64,000 bases of DNA from an uncultured beta proteobacterium (GCA_963780715.1 CAWADK010000002.1:21150-85149), one strand, 5' to 3'. Positions 1-13,319 are shown, numbered from the stretch's first letter. Program-made: numbers and translations. Notes: generated from the sequence alone by a model not told the origin.

Positions 1-119
1 AGCAGCAGCGTTGGCCAGAGCAGGTCGATGAACTGCGCGGCCAGGAAGAGCGTGCCCAGCGACGTCTCCGGCGCCGCGCGCTTGGCAGCGAACCCCAGTG
101 CAAAGTGACCGATGAACAT
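1..119 (-). CDS. hypothetical membrane protein, N-terminal fragment (gene continues past left edge)
   Basis: Minus-strand ATG at 117-119, then MFIGHFALGFAAKRAAPETSLGTLFLAAQFIDLLWPTLLL, open to the window edge. Hydrophobic; resembles membrane-bound metal-dependent hydrolase (DUF457/YdjM-like) N-termini. Own translation; not in ORF track because truncated. Confidence 0.4.
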   Translation of the reverse strand, partial: MFIGHFALGFAAKRAAPETSLGTLFLAAQFIDLLWPTLL

Positions 120-140
120 GCAGCCTCCCGGCGCTGGCGG

Positions 141-1058
141 TCAGGATCGGACAGGCGACAGTGAGCGTGCCTCCTCACGGATCCGCTCGACGAGGCGCGC
201 GGCCTCGGTGCCCTGCATCTTCGCGATGTCGTCCTGGTATTTCAGCAGCACGCCCAGCGTGTTGTTGACGGTTTCGGGCTCGAGCGCGACCGCATCGAGC
301 GCCAGCAGCGCGCGCGTCCACTCGATCGTCTCCGCAATGCCGGGCAGCTTGTACAGCTCGATGCCGCGCAGCGACTGCACGAAGTCCACGACCTGGCGCG
401 ACAGCATCGCGCTCGCATCCGGAACCTTGCGCCGCAGGATCTCGAGTTCGCGCGCGGCCGACGGGTAGCCGACCCAGTGGTAGAGGCACCGCCGCTTGAC
501 CGCATCATGGATCTCGCGCGTGCGGTTGGACGTGATGATGACGATGGGCGGCGTGTCGGCCTTGACCGTCTTCCACTCGGGAATCGTGATCTGGAAGTCC
601 GACAGCACCTCGAGCAGGTACGCCTCGAACGGTTCATCCGTGCGGTCAAGCTCGTCGATCAGCAGCACCGGCGGACGCGGATGCGGCAGCAAAGCACGCA
701 GCAGCGCACGCTCGATCAGGAAGCGTTCGGAGTACAGGTCCGCCGCCAGCCGCTCGCGCGACTGCCCCGCGGACTCCGCCAGCCGGATCTCGACGAGCTG
801 GCGCGCGACATTCCACTCGTACGCGGCGGCGTTGATGTCGAGACCTTCGTAGCACTGCAGGCGTATGAGTTCGGCATCGAGCGCGGCGGCGAGAACCTTC
901 GCGATCTCGGTCTTGCCGGTGCCGGGCTCGCCTTCGACGAAGAGCGGCCGCTGCAGCTTGAGCGCCAGGAACACGGCCGTCGCCAGCTGCCGGTCGGCAA
1001 TGTAGTCGCGCGAGGCCAGCAGTTCGACGGTGGCGTCGATCGAGATCGGTGAATTCAT
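141..1058 (-). CDS. MoxR-family AAA+ ATPase
   Basis: 305-aa ORF with Walker A GEPGTGKT and Walker B LLIDELDR; MoxR/CoxD-like length and layout. Confidence 0.9.
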   Translation of the reverse strand: MNSPISIDATVELLASRDYIADRQLATAVFLALKLQRPLFVEGEPGTGKTEIAKVLAAALDAELIRLQCYEGLDINAAAYEWNVARQLVEIRLAESAGQSRERLAADLYSERFLIERALLRALLPHPRPPVLLIDELDRTDEPFEAYLLEVLSDFQITIPEWKTVKADTPPIVIITSNRTREIHDAVKRRCLYHWVGYPSAARELEILRRKVPDASAMLSRQVVDFVQSLRGIELYKLPGIAETIEWTRALLALDAVALEPETVNNTLGVLLKYQDDIAKMQGTEAARLVERIREEARSLSPVRS

Positions 1059-1112
1059 GTCGGGACCTTAGCCGAAGTGCGGTTGCGTCGCCAGCGCCGC
1101 AGCGCCTGCGGT

Positions 1113-2369
1113 TCAGTGGCCATAGCGCGCCAGCGACAGCCCGGCCAGGTCGATCTCGGGCGTGCGGCCGCTGAGCAGGTCGGCCACGACGCGCCCGGTG
1201 CCGGCGGCCATCGTCCAGCCGAGCGTGCCATGGCCGGTCGCCAGCCACAGGTTCGGATAGCGCGTCGGCCCGATGACCGGCGTGCCGTCCGGTGTCATCG
1301 GGCGCAGCCCGCACCAGAACGTCGCGCGGGCGAGGTCTCCGCCACCCGGGAAGAGATCCGTCACGACATGCTCGAGCGTCGCGCGGCGCGCCTCCCGCAG
1401 CTTCAGGCTGTAACCCGCCAGTTCCGCGGTACCGCCAACGCGGATGCGGCTGCCCAGGCGCGTCACCGCCACCTTGTGCGTTTCGTCCATGATGGTCGAT
1501 TCGGGCGAACGCGCGGCATCGACGATCGGCACCGTGATCGAGTAGCCCTTCACCGGATAGACGGGTAGCGTGATGCCGATCGGCGCCAGCGCAGACGTCG
1601 AGTAGCTGCCGAGCGCGCAGACGTAGGCATCGGCGCTCAGCTTGCCGTCGCCGACGCGGACGCCATCGATCCGCCCGCCTGCGACCTCGATCGCCTCGAT
1701 GCGCGTGCCAAAGCGAAATGTCACGCCAATCCCGCGGGCCATCTCGGCCAGCCGGTTGGTGAACAGGAAGCAGTCGCCGGTCTCGTCTCCGGGCAGCCTC
1801 AGCGCTCCGACGAACTTCTGCTGCGTGTGCGCGAGCGCAGGTTCGACGCGGCAGAAGCCAGCGCGATCGAGTACTTCGAACGGCACGCCATACTCCTTCA
1901 GGATCTCGATGTCCTTGCCGATGCCGTCGAGCTGCTTGCTGGTGCGGAACAGCTGCAGCGTGCCCTGCTCGCGTTCGTCGTAGGCGATGCCGGTCTCTGC
2001 GCGCAGCGCCTTGAGGCAGTCCCGGCTGTACTCCGCGATCGGCACCATGCGGCTCTTGTTCAGCCGGTAGGCGCGCTCGGTGCAGTTGGCGAGCATGCTC
2101 GCGCCGAAGCGCCACAGCGCCGGGTCGAGCAGCGGCCAGATGACCAGCGGGCTGTGCCGCATCAGCATCCACTTGATCGCCTTGACCGGAACGCCCGGCC
2201 CGGCCCACGGCGCCGAGTAGCCGGGCGAGACTTCGCCGGCATTCGCGAAGCTGGTTTCGAGCCCCGGTCCGGACTGACGATCGACCACGGTCACTTCGTG
2301 CCCGGCCTTCGCCGCGTACCAGGCGATGGTCGTGCCGATCACTCCGCTGCCGAGCACTGCGACGCGCAT
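1113..2369 (-). CDS. dadA: D-amino acid dehydrogenase, small subunit
   Basis: 418-aa ORF with N-terminal FAD dinucleotide fold [31 protein letters not shown]; colinear with DadA to the C-terminus. Confidence 0.9.
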   Translation of the reverse strand: MRVAVLGSGVIGTTIAWYAAKAGHEVTVVDRQSGPGLETSFANAGEVSPGYSAPWAGPGVPVKAIKWMLMRHSPLVIWPLLDPALWRFGASMLANCTERAYRLNKSRMVPIAEYSRDCLKALRAETGIAYDEREQGTLQLFRTSKQLDGIGKDIEILKEYGVPFEVLDRAGFCRVEPALAHTQQKFVGALRLPGDETGDCFLFTNRLAEMARGIGVTFRFGTRIEAIEVAGGRIDGVRVGDGKLSADAYVCALGSYSTSALAPIGITLPVYPVKGYSITVPIVDAARSPESTIMDETHKVAVTRLGSRIRVGGTAELAGYSLKLREARRATLEHVVTDLFPGGGDLARATFWCGLRPMTPDGTPVIGPTRYPNLWLATGHGTLGWTMAAGTGRVVADLLSGRTPEIDLAGLSLARYGH

Positions 2370-2387
2370 TGGTCCTCCAGTGGAGAC

Positions 2388-3996
2388 TTATTGTCCGAGG
2401 GGCTCCGCGATGTAACGCGAAACCCGGGGCGGTTCTTCGCCAATGTGAAAAGCGTAACGCCGCTCGCGCAGGTCGGCGTCGGCCGCAGTGAAGCGGTCGA
2501 AGCGCCGCAGGTGATCGGCCCATGAATCATCGAGGAAGTACTCGATGTAATGCCCGGGCTTGTTCGTGTCGTGAAACAGTCCCCACGAAAGCGCGCCCTT
2601 CTGCAGGCGGTTCGCGCGGCTCTCACGCATGACGGCCGCGAACGCCTCGGCGCGCATCGGGTCGATCTGGTAGTCGACCGTGACCATGACCGGTCCCATC
2701 TGGTGCTCGACCGGAAAGGCCGGCACCGGTTCTGCCAGGATGCGTGCCGGGGTGAGGTCGACCTCGTTCTCCGGGTCGGAGTACAGGCGGCTCGCCAGGT
2801 AACCGGTGGCGAGGCCCGTCAACGCTGCGGCAAGGTAGGTCCAGGAGACGTCGATCCAGCTGGCGACCTGGCCCCAGAGTGCCGCGCTCGCCGACGCAGC
2901 GCCCATCATCACCATCATGTAGATCGACATGCCGCGCGCGCGCACCCAGTCGGGCAGCGAGAGCTGCGTGATGACGGTCAGGGTGTTGACCACCGCGAGC
3001 CATGCGCCGCCCGCCACCATCATGGCGGGTATCGCCGTCCACACATTCGGCGCGAACCCGAGACCGACCATCGCGGCCGCCTGCAGCAGCGTGCCGTCGC
3101 GCAGCAGTCGCTGGCGTGAGATCAGCACGCGCAGCCGCGGCAGCAGGAATGCGACGGTGACTGCGCCCACACCCGAGCGATGCCAGCAGCACTGTGTAGG
3201 TCCAGGCACCGCCGCCCGGCAGGCGCTTGGCCACCAGCGGCAGCAGCGCGAACACGGTGGTCGTCTGCAGGAAGAACACCGCGATGCGCACCAGCACCGA
3301 GCGCATCGCGGGTGACTGCGCCACGTACTGGAAGCCGACGCGCATCGCGCCGAAGAAGCGCTCGCCCGGCAGCACGCTCGGCTTGGGCTCCGAGCGCCAG
3401 CTCATGATCACGAACCCGGCGGCGAGCGACAGCACCGCATTGAGCAGGAAGACGTAGGCCGTACCCAGGCTCGCGATCAGCGCACCGGCCACCACCGGGC
3501 CGATCACGCGCGAGGTGTTCATCGCGATGCCGTTCAGCGCGACGGCGTTCGGCAGTTCGCGGCGCGTGACGAGTTCGGGAATGATCGCCGCGTAGACGGG
3601 CCAGCGCATTGCCAGGCCAATGCCGTTGCCGAAGGTCAGCGCCAGCAGCAGCGGCGCGCTCATCCAGCCGGCGAACATCGCCACGCTGAGCAGCACGGCG
3701 TTGGCCGCGACCCAGAACTGCGTGAACATGAACCAGCGCCGGCGATTGAGGATGTCCGCGAGCGCTCCACTCGGCAAGCCGAGCAGGAAGACCGGGAGCG
3801 TGGAGGCCGACTGCACCAGTGCGACCATGACCGGAGAGGTCGTCAACGTGGTCATCAGCCACGCGGCAGCGACATCGTTCATCCACATGCAGATGTTCGA
3901 TGTCAGCCAGGTGATCCACAGCAGCCGGAACACCGGGTTGGCAAGCGGCGACCACGGTGATGGCCTGACTGCGGAGTCCGTTCCGGCCTGCGTCAT
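2388..3996 (-). CDS. MFS transporter with C-terminal ABM-like (alpha+beta barrel) domain; frameshifted in this assembly
   Basis: ORF 2623..3996 carries TM1-~8 (NPVFRLLWITWLTSN...). It reads on in ORF 2388..3209 from GVGAVTVAFLLPRLR... through the remaining TMs and a soluble tail. The junction is an extra base in the CCC run at 3171-3173. Confidence 0.8.
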
Positions 3997-4065
3997 ACGG
4001 GCGATTGTAGGCAGGCAGTCGGAGCCCGAACCGACGTCGCGACACGCCGCCGGATGTCGGACGAC

Positions 4066-5499
4066 TCAGGGCAGGTCAGCCAGCAGTTCGCGCAGAGCAA
4101 GGAATTCGCGACGGGTTCGAGGCCCATAGGTCGCGAAGCTTGGCTGTGGATCGTTCAGGTAATCGTCGCGCGCCTTCTTCACGCGGTCCTTCGACACGCG
4201 CCGCCTGAGCACAGTCGCATCGAGGCCGTACACGCGCATCGCGTTCAGACCGAAGATCTTGCGCTTGATCGCCGGTGTCAGCGCCGGGTAACCGAATTTT
4301 TCCTGGAACTCACGGCTGATCTCGAAGGCGCGGAACGCCTGGATCTGGTCCTGCGGACTGCCGTACCAGATGGAGTCGGTGCCCCACAGGATGTTGTCCT
4401 CGCCGAAGGTGACGAGCAGCTTGCCCAACAGGTGCGCGGCCTGGTCGGGAGCACGCATGACGAAGCGCCAGGTGCTGCCCAGCTCCGCATAGACGTTCTT
4501 CGGCCGCCCGGCCTCGCGCATCGAGCGCACCAGCACATCGACGCCGGCTTTCGCCTGCGGGTCGTACGGGCCTTCCTTGACGCCGGTGTCGAAGCCCGAG
4601 TGATAGATCAGGAACGTCATGTCCGGGTAGCGCACCGCGGCCGGCCCGATATCGCGCGAGGTCGAGTACTCGTAGCCACGCTGTCCGAACGCAAGGCCCT
4701 TGTGCACGGCGATGTTGCGCACCTTCAACCTTCGTGCGCGCTCGATGAAAGGCGCGCCGTAGGTGTCGTCGTCGAGGAAGAAGCCCTCCGCCCCATCGCG
4801 GGGGCCGAACTGCGTGTAGGTCTTGAACGCGGCGACAGGGAAGCGCGCGACCTGCGCGTCCATGCCGTCGATCTCGCCGGGCAGCGTCGGCATGCAGCGG
4901 CCGTGCAGCAGCAGGCGCTCGGTGCCGTCGAGCGTGTTGGCGGCAACCCGCGTCGCCCCGGCGGCCTCGAAGTCGAGCGGATTCGTGTCGAGCCCGCCCG
5001 GTACATGCGACAGCACGCCCATCGCGGTGTCGCTGTCCATGAATACGTCCTTCAGCAGCGCGCCGCTGGAGAAGCACTCGACGTGGTCGGCCTGGCCGCA
5101 GGTGCTGTTTGGCATGCCCTTGAACGCATTCGGGCCGGCGGCCTTGCGCCACGCGCCCTGCGGATTCACGTGGTGCAACTGCACGTCGAAGATGAATTCG
5201 TCGCCGCCGACAGCGGCTTCGGCCGCTGCGAGTTCGAACGGCGCCTCGCGCGGCAACGCGTACTGTCCGCCGCGTTGTCCGGCGGCTGCGAACGCCCGGT
5301 TGAATGCCGCGAGCGTGGCCGCGGCGCCCAGCAGCGAAACGAGGTAGGCGCGCCGCGACAACCCGGTGCGGCGCGCGGCGTCATCCACCTGCTGCTGCGC
5401 CAGCCGCCGCGCGGCGAGGGCCGCGGCCGGCAGCGCTACCGGGGCGAATTCGCCGTTCGAGGTCGAGTCGAGCTTGATCGGCAGCCGCATGTCGATCAA
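4066..5499 (-). CDS. amidohydrolase-family protein with twin-arginine (Tat) signal
   Basis: 477-aa ORF with Tat motif LSRRAYLVSLLGAAATLAAF at residues ~46-65. An in-frame GTG at 5388 would place that motif at the N-terminus, so the true start is probably 5388. The C-terminal two thirds look like metal-dependent amidohydrolase fold proteins. Confidence 0.75.
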   Translation of the reverse strand: MIDMRLPIKLDSTSNGEFAPVALPAAALAARRLAQQQVDDAARRTGLSRRAYLVSLLGAAATLAAFNRAFAAAGQRGGQYALPREAPFELAAAEAAVGGDEFIFDVQLHHVNPQGAWRKAAGPNAFKGMPNSTCGQADHVECFSSGALLKDVFMDSDTAMGVLSHVPGGLDTNPLDFEAAGATRVAANTLDGTERLLLHGRCMPTLPGEIDGMDAQVARFPVAAFKTYTQFGPRDGAEGFFLDDDTYGAPFIERARRLKVRNIAVHKGLAFGQRGYEYSTSRDIGPAAVRYPDMTFLIYHSGFDTGVKEGPYDPQAKAGVDVLVRSMREAGRPKNVYAELGSTWRFVMRAPDQAAHLLGKLLVTFGEDNILWGTDSIWYGSPQDQIQAFRAFEISREFQEKFGYPALTPAIKRKIFGLNAMRVYGLDATVLRRRVSKDRVKKARDDYLNDPQPSFATYGPRTRREFLALRELLADLP

Positions 5500-5509
5500 C
5501 GCCTGCGGC

Positions 5510-5974
5510 CTACTTGAGGAACATTGCTTCCATGCGCTTCTGGCCCTCGGCCTCGCTGACGTCCTCGATGTGCGTTCCCATCGACCACTGGAAGCCGTAC
5601 GGGTCCTTCAGCGTTCCGGTGCGATCGCCGTAGAACTGATCCTCCACCGGCCGCACCTGCGTGCACCCGGCGGCGAGCGCACGCGCGAACGCCGTATCGA
5701 CGTCGGGCACGTAGAGCATGAAGGACACCGGCGAGCCGCCGAGCAGGGCCGGACTCTGGTTGCCCCACTCCGGGTTCTCCTCGGCCATCATGATGTGCGA
5801 GTCGCCGATCCTGATCTCGGCGTGGGCGTAGCGGCCGTCGGGCATCGTCAGCTTCATCACGAGTTCGGCGCCGAATGCGCGCCGATAGAACTCGACCGCC
5901 GCCACGGCGTCGCGGATCGCGAGGTACGGAGTCACCGAGTGGAATCCTGCGGGCGGGGTCGTGACCTTGGCCAT
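5510..5974 (-). CDS. VOC/glyoxalase-family protein
   Basis: Internal ATG (residue 56 of ORF 5510..6139) gives MAKVTTPPAGFHSVTPYLAIRDAVAAVEFYRRAFGAE..., typical of PhnB/glyoxalase-like VOC proteins. The upstream Arg-rich extension is implausible. Confidence 0.8.
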   Translation of the reverse strand: MAKVTTPPAGFHSVTPYLAIRDAVAAVEFYRRAFGAELVMKLTMPDGRYAHAEIRIGDSHIMMAEENPEWGNQSPALLGGSPVSFMLYVPDVDTAFARALAAGCTQVRPVEDQFYGDRTGTLKDPYGFQWSMGTHIEDVSEAEGQKRMEAMFLK

Positions 5975-6021
5975 GGCTGCCTCCGTGCCAGTAGAACCGT
6001 GGATCAGTGAATGCTGCGATG

Positions 6022-6822
6022 TCAGCCGGCGGCGGCCACTGCCCGCTTTGCCAGCACCGTGATCAGGTGCGCGCGATAGTCCGCCGACGCGTGCAGGTCC
6101 GTGTTGAGTCCTGCGGCCGGAACGCTGACGCCGTCGCACGACTCGGGTGCGAACTTCGCGCCGAGCTTGTCCTCGAGCGCCTTGACACGGAAGACGCCCG
6201 GCCCCGCCCCGGTGACCGCAACCCGCACGCCGCTTGCCGTCTTCGCGACGAACACACCGACCAGCGCGAAGCGCGAGGCCGGCTGCTTGAACTTCAGGTA
6301 GGCCGCCTTGGCGGGCACCGGGAAATGCACCGCCGTGATGATCTCGCCGGCGGCGAGCGCCGTCTCGTACAGACCCTTGAAGTAGTCGTCGGCGGCGATC
6401 TTGCGCCGGTCGGTCTGGATCGTGGCGCCCAGCCCGAGTACCGCGGCCGGATAGCAGGCGGCCGGATCGTTGTTCGCGAGCGAGCCGCCGATCGTTCCGC
6501 GGTTGCGCACCTGCCGGTCGCCGATGCCGCCCGCAAGCTGCGCCAGTGCCGGAATGCGCGACTGCACGTCCTTGGAGGCGGCAACCGCGGCATGCGTCGT
6601 CATCGCACCGATGACGACATTGTTGCCGTCGTTGCAGATGCCCTGCAGTTCGGTAATGCCCGCCAGGTCGATCCAGCCGGAAGGTGATAGCAGACCGAGC
6701 CGCATCGACGGCAGCGTCGACTGTCCGCCGGCCAGGATCTTGTCGTCGCCATGCTGGCCGGCGAGCTTGACAGCGTCGGCCACCGAGGCGGGGCGGTGAT
6801 AGTGCATTGCTTCCATCGTCAT
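6022..6822 (-). CDS. molybdo-hydroxylase FAD-binding (medium, CoxM-like) subunit
   Basis: 266-aa ORF containing ...ILAGGQSTLPSMRLGL...; located downstream of the large subunit. Confidence 0.85.
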   Translation of the reverse strand: MTMEAMHYHRPASVADAVKLAGQHGDDKILAGGQSTLPSMRLGLLSPSGWIDLAGITELQGICNDGNNVVIGAMTTHAAVAASKDVQSRIPALAQLAGGIGDRQVRNRGTIGGSLANNDPAACYPAAVLGLGATIQTDRRKIAADDYFKGLYETALAAGEIITAVHFPVPAKAAYLKFKQPASRFALVGVFVAKTASGVRVAVTGAGPGVFRVKALEDKLGAKFAPESCDGVSVPAAGLNTDLHASADYRAHLITVLAKRAVAAAG

Positions 6823-6835
6823 CTCCTCAGTGCCG

Positions 6836-9202
<2,367 letters not shown>

Positions 9203-9210
9203 CGCGCCTC

Positions 9211-9678
9211 CTACTTCATCGCCGCCGCGCCCTGCGCGACAGCCTTGACGATGTTCTGGTAGCCGGTGCAGCGGCACAGGTTGCCTTCCAGTCCCTCGCG
9301 GATCTGCGTGTCGGTCGCGTGCGGGTGATGCTGCACGAGATCGATCGCGCTCATCACCATGCCCGGCGTGCAGAAGCCGCACTGCAGCCCGTGGCAGGCC
9401 TTGAACGCGGCCTGCATCGGATGCATGCCTTCGGCCGGCGTGATGCCCTCGATCGTCGTGACCTCGGCGCCGGCCATCTGCAGCGCCAGCACGTTGCAGC
9501 TCTTGACTGCGCGGCCGTTGACATGAACGGTGCAGGCGCCGCACTGCGCCGTATCGCAGCCAACATGCGTGCCGGTCAGGCCAAGCTGCTCGCGCAGCAG
9601 CGTTACGAGTGAAGTTGATGGATCAACGTCGGCCGAAACGGCCTTGCCGTTGACCCGCAGCGAAAGCGGGACAGGCAT
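9211..9678 (-). CDS. (2Fe-2S)-binding small subunit (CoxS-like)
   Basis: 155-aa ORF with cysteine motifs [11 protein letters not shown] and CGFCTPGM; lies 8 nt upstream of the large subunit. Confidence 0.9.
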   Translation of the reverse strand: MPVPLSLRVNGKAVSADVDPSTSLVTLLREQLGLTGTHVGCDTAQCGACTVHVNGRAVKSCNVLALQMAGAEVTTIEGITPAEGMHPMQAAFKACHGLQCGFCTPGMVMSAIDLVQHHPHATDTQIREGLEGNLCRCTGYQNIVKAVAQGAAAMK

Positions 9679-9886
9679 CCAAGTCTCCTTCGGAGGTTTT
9701 CTTATGCCGCCTTCTGCGGGTGGGCGGCCGAGCGTTGGACATTAACAGCAGCGAAAAGCCGGGCGCAACCGTCGTCGAGTGACATCGCGGCTTTCCGGCG
9801 GTATGGCGCGGCGCAGCACGCCTCGTCCTGGCGCAATAGAATGGAAGCTACTCAGTCTGCACACCGGCCAGGCGCCGGTCAGCCCC

Positions 9887-10885
9887 ATGGACAGCGTCGA
9901 CCTGCAGGTATTGAAGAAAGCCGACGAATGGCTGCGCGCCGGCCATGGTGCCGTCATGGGCACGGTGGTCAGGACCTGGGGTTCGGCCCCGCGGCCGGTC
10001 GGTTCGCTGGTCATCATCCGCGACGACGGGCTCGTTGTGGGTTCGGTCTCGGGCGGCTGCATCGAAGACGATCTCGTCGATCGCGTGCGCCGCCGCGCGG
10101 CAGCGGCAGTGGTCCCTGAGCGGGTCAAGTACGGCGTCACGGCCGACGAGGCCTTCAAGTTCGGCCTGCCCTGCGGCGGCACGATCGAACTCGTGCTCGA
10201 GCCGCTCGGCCCCGGCGCGCAGATCGATGTACTGCTGGAGAACGTCGCCGCCGGCCGGCACACTGTTCGCACGCTCGACCTGCGCAGTGGTGTCGTCACA
10301 CTCGCCGAAGGCGACGGTACCGATGTGCTCGACTGCAACGACGCGCGGCTCATCACCGCGTTCGGACCGCGCTGGCGACTGCTGGTGATCGGCGCCGGCC
10401 AGCTCACGCATTACGTCGCGCAGATGGCGCTGGCGCTCGACTACGCGGTGACGATCTGCGATCCACGCGAGGAGTACGCCGACGGCTGGCTCGTGCCCGG
10501 CACGCAGCTGGTGCGCACGATGCCCGACGACACCGTCACCGAATTCCGGCCCGACAAGCACACGGCGATCGTGGCCTTGACGCACGATCCGAAGCTCGAC
10601 GATCTTGCGCTGATGGAGGCACTGAAGTCCCAGGCCTTCTATGTCGGTGCGATCGGCTCGCAGAAGAACCAGGCCAAGCGCAAGGAGCGCCTGAAGGAGT
10701 TCGGCGTCAACGCCGAACAGCTCGAGCGCCTGCATGGCCCGGTCGGGCTCAAAAATGGCGCTCGCACGCCACCCGAGATCGCGGTGTCGATCCTCGCCGA
10801 GATGACGGCGACCAAGTACGGCTACCGCGTGCCGGCACCGGTGGCGCCCGGCCCGCGCTCGACGGTCGCCGGCTGCGTTTCGTGA
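9887..10885 (+). CDS. XdhC/CoxI-family Mo-cofactor insertion accessory protein
   Basis: From the ATG at 9887: MDSVDLQVLKKADEWLRAGHGAVMGTVVRTWGSAPRPVGS...SGGCIEDD. Divergent from the coxSLM-like operon. Confidence 0.85.
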   Translation: MDSVDLQVLKKADEWLRAGHGAVMGTVVRTWGSAPRPVGSLVIIRDDGLVVGSVSGGCIEDDLVDRVRRRAAAAVVPERVKYGVTADEAFKFGLPCGGTIELVLEPLGPGAQIDVLLENVAAGRHTVRTLDLRSGVVTLAEGDGTDVLDCNDARLITAFGPRWRLLVIGAGQLTHYVAQMALALDYAVTICDPREEYADGWLVPGTQLVRTMPDDTVTEFRPDKHTAIVALTHDPKLDDLALMEALKSQAFYVGAIGSQKNQAKRKERLKEFGVNAEQLERLHGPVGLKNGARTPPEIAVSILAEMTATKYGYRVPAPVAPGPRSTVAGCVS

Positions 10886-10892
10886 TTCACCT

Positions 10893-11814
10893 TCAGCCGC
10901 GGACGACGGCGACGACGTAAGCGACGTACAGCAGCAGCAACAGCAACCCGCGCCCGCGGCCGATATAGCCGGACTTGCCGGGCAGCGTCAGCATCACCGC
11001 GACCAGCCCGAACGCCAGGGCGACGCGTACCGACGCCGCGTCAAACACGATCGGGTGGATCAGCGCCGCCACGGCGACGATGAACAGTCCGTTGAAGATG
11101 TTGCTGCCCAGGACCGTGCCGAGTCCGACTTCATCGTGGCCGCGCAGCTTCGATATCAGCGCCGTGGCCAGTTCGGGCACCGAGGTGCCGACCGCGACGA
11201 CGGTCGCCCCGATGACGAACTCGCTGAGGCCAAAGGAGACCGCGATCGCCCGCGCGCCATCCACGATCAAGAGGCCGGCGCCCACCAGAAAACCCAGGCC
11301 GAGTGCCGCCGAAAGCAGCGCCGGCGCGAGGCGATGGGCCCCCAGCACTTCTTCCGCCGCGCTGCGCTGGCGCCGTGCCTCGATCACCGTCGCGATCATC
11401 CATGCCAGAAAGAGCCGACAGCATGACCAGGCCATCCAGCCGCGACAGTTCACCATCGGCAGCCAGCGCAGCCGTCAATGCCGGAACCAGGAACGCCACC
11501 GGGAAGTCGCGCCGGATGCTGTCGCGACTGCTCTGGATGCCGGAGATCAGCAGCGCCAGTGCGAGTATCAGCGCGATGTTGACGACGTTGCTGCCAAGCG
11601 CATCGCCGAGCGCAATCTGCGGAGTGCCGGCCAGTGCGGACGTGATCGACACCGACAGTTCCGGGCTCGACGTGGCAAACGCCGCCACCGTCGCTCCGAC
11701 GATTCCCGGGGCGACGCGCGCCCACGTCGCCAGGCTGACGGTCCCGCGCACGAAGAGTTCCCCGCCGATGCCGGCGCTCAGGACGCCCAGCGCGAGAGTC
11801 AGATAGGGGCTCAC
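10893..11814 (-). CDS. Ca2+/Na+ antiporter (CaCA/YrbG family); frameshifted in this assembly
   Basis: The N-terminal half (ORF 11131..11814) has the alpha-1 repeat GDALGSNVVNI. The C-terminal half (ORF 10893..11456) has the alpha-2 repeat GTVLGSNIFNG. Frames join near 11413. Confidence 0.8.
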
Positions 11815-11849
11815 GGATCAGTGCCTGGCGCGCACCCCGGGAAGGACAC

Positions 11850-12254
11850 TCAGGGCTTCACTTCGGACTTGGCAATCGACTTGTCGCTCGCGTCCGACGG
11901 GACGCTTTGCGCATAGCCGCCGCTGATGGCCTCCTTGCGCAGTTGAACCTGCGTCTCCTCGCGATAGGTCCGCGCATACGTCGGGCCAAAGAAGTTCGCA
12001 CCGGTCTGATGCGCCGGCGATCCCGGCGGAACCGGCACGCACTTCTGCGCGTAACCCCAGTCGTAGACACAGTCCTCGAGCTTGGCGTAGTGATCGCGGA
12101 AGAACGACGGCGGCGGCTTGGGCGGTGCCGGGAGAACCGGGGGCGGCTGCGTCTTGCCAGCGGGCGCCACCGCTGGCGTCGACTCCTTCTTGCTGCAAGC
12201 GACGGCAGACGCCGCGACACACGTGGCGAGGACAACGATGCGGACCAGAGTCAT
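11850..12254 (-). CDS. hypothetical lipoprotein
   Basis: 134-aa ORF with signal peptide and lipobox (VLATCVAASAVAC|SKK), followed by a Pro-rich linker. Confidence 0.6.
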   Translation of the reverse strand: MTLVRIVVLATCVAASAVACSKKESTPAVAPAGKTQPPPVLPAPPKPPPSFFRDHYAKLEDCVYDWGYAQKCVPVPPGSPAHQTGANFFGPTYARTYREETQVQLRKEAISGGYAQSVPSDASDKSIAKSEVKP

Positions 12255-12343
12255 TCGTATCAGCCTTGGGTCGGTGGCGGGTGGAGCGCGACTTTACGAC
12301 GCGCTCGCCTCACATCGGCGCTGCGCATGTCTGCCGCGATGGC

Positions 12344-12628
12344 TTAGGTTTGGTAGGCCGTGAGTACGACTTCGGCGCCCGCGTCACGCAGCGCGATCAA
12401 GGACTGATACTCCGGTGACTCGTGCCAGCGCATCAGCGCATCGAGGTCCGTGAACTCGGCGACGACGACCCGATCCCCGTGCGGCTGGCCCGCCAGTTCG
12501 CGAGCGAGCGCGCCGCGCAGCAGAACGCGGCCGCCATGGGGCGCGAACGTGGCCCCGACGCGCTGGACGTAGCCCTGCCACGCCTCGGCGTCGGTGACGC
12601 GGATCGTGCCTACGATGAAGGCCGGCAT
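12344..12628 (-). CDS. DUF1330-family protein
   Basis: The internal ATG at 12628 gives MPAFIVGTIRVTDAEAWQGYVQRVGATFAPHGGRVLLRG..., of typical DUF1330 length and sequence. Confidence 0.7.
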   Translation of the reverse strand: MPAFIVGTIRVTDAEAWQGYVQRVGATFAPHGGRVLLRGALARELAGQPHGDRVVVAEFTDLDALMRWHESPEYQSLIALRDAGAEVVLTAYQT

Positions 12629-12665
12629 CCGAACTTGGCGCGGGCAGGCGCTTCGGTGAAGGCCA

Positions 12666-13251
12666 TCAGTACAGCCCCGCCAGGTAATGGCCAAGGTCCT
12701 CGATGTCCTGATCGCTCAGCGTCTTCGCGACGCTCGCCATGTTGCCGGCATCATTGGTGCGTTGCCGGTCTTGAAGTCGCGCATCTGCTTGACGACGTAG
12801 TCGTACTGCTGGCCCGCCACCCGCGGGTATCTCGTTCTGGCCGAGGAAGCCACCCAGATGGCACATCGTGCACAGCGTCTCGTCGGCCTTCGACTTACCA
12901 CGCGCTGCACGCGCGGGATCGGGCTTGAACGCGGTCGCACGCGGCTTCTGCGCCGCGAAGTACGCCGCAATGTCGAACATGTCCTGCCGCGAGAGGTCCT
13001 TGAGGCAGGCGTCCATCTGTGGCTCAGAGCGGCGGCCCTCCTTGAAGTCCTTGATCTGCAGGTAGATGTAGCGCGCCGTTTGCCCCGCCAGGATCGGATA
13101 CTGCGACTGCACAGAGTTTCCATTTCGGCCCATGGCAGTCGACGCAGACTTCGGCCTTCTTGCGTCCGGCCGCAACGTCCTGCGCGCCGCAACCGGCGCG
13201 AGGGCGGCAACAACGACGACGGAGCGCGGCGTGACCCAAGTTGCGTTTCAT
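12666..13251 (-). CDS. di-haem cytochrome c (c4-like); multiply frameshifted, possibly a real pseudogene
   Basis: Two CxxCH sites (CVDCHG, CTMCHL) and c4-like segments are spread over all three minus frames (ORFs 13024..13251, 12666..13175, 12716..13408). Breaks lie near 13123, 12828 and 12768, with probably two more in the signal peptide. Confidence 0.7.
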
Positions 13252-13319
13252 AGCTTGCTATTCCGAGCAAAAAAAGGGCCGCCCGCGGGCGGCCCTTCGG
13301 AGCTTCGATGCAGATCGAT

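Noticed and set aside
646-2523. 625-aa ORF antisense to or overlapping dadA and the MoxR gene. Similar long ORFs occur at 6830..9262, 38266..40668, 45175..47079, 47061..48707, 51140..52681 and 29854..31398.
   Set aside because: They are Arg/Ala/Gly/Pro-rich, lack motifs, and lie opposite well-supported conserved genes. This is the usual stop-codon-poor artefact of high-G+C DNA.
9203-9544. N-terminal 114-codon extension of the CoxL-like ORF.
   Set aside because: It overlaps the well-supported CoxS-like gene in another frame. The conserved sequence starts at MNDPKAG, 8 nt after the coxS stop.
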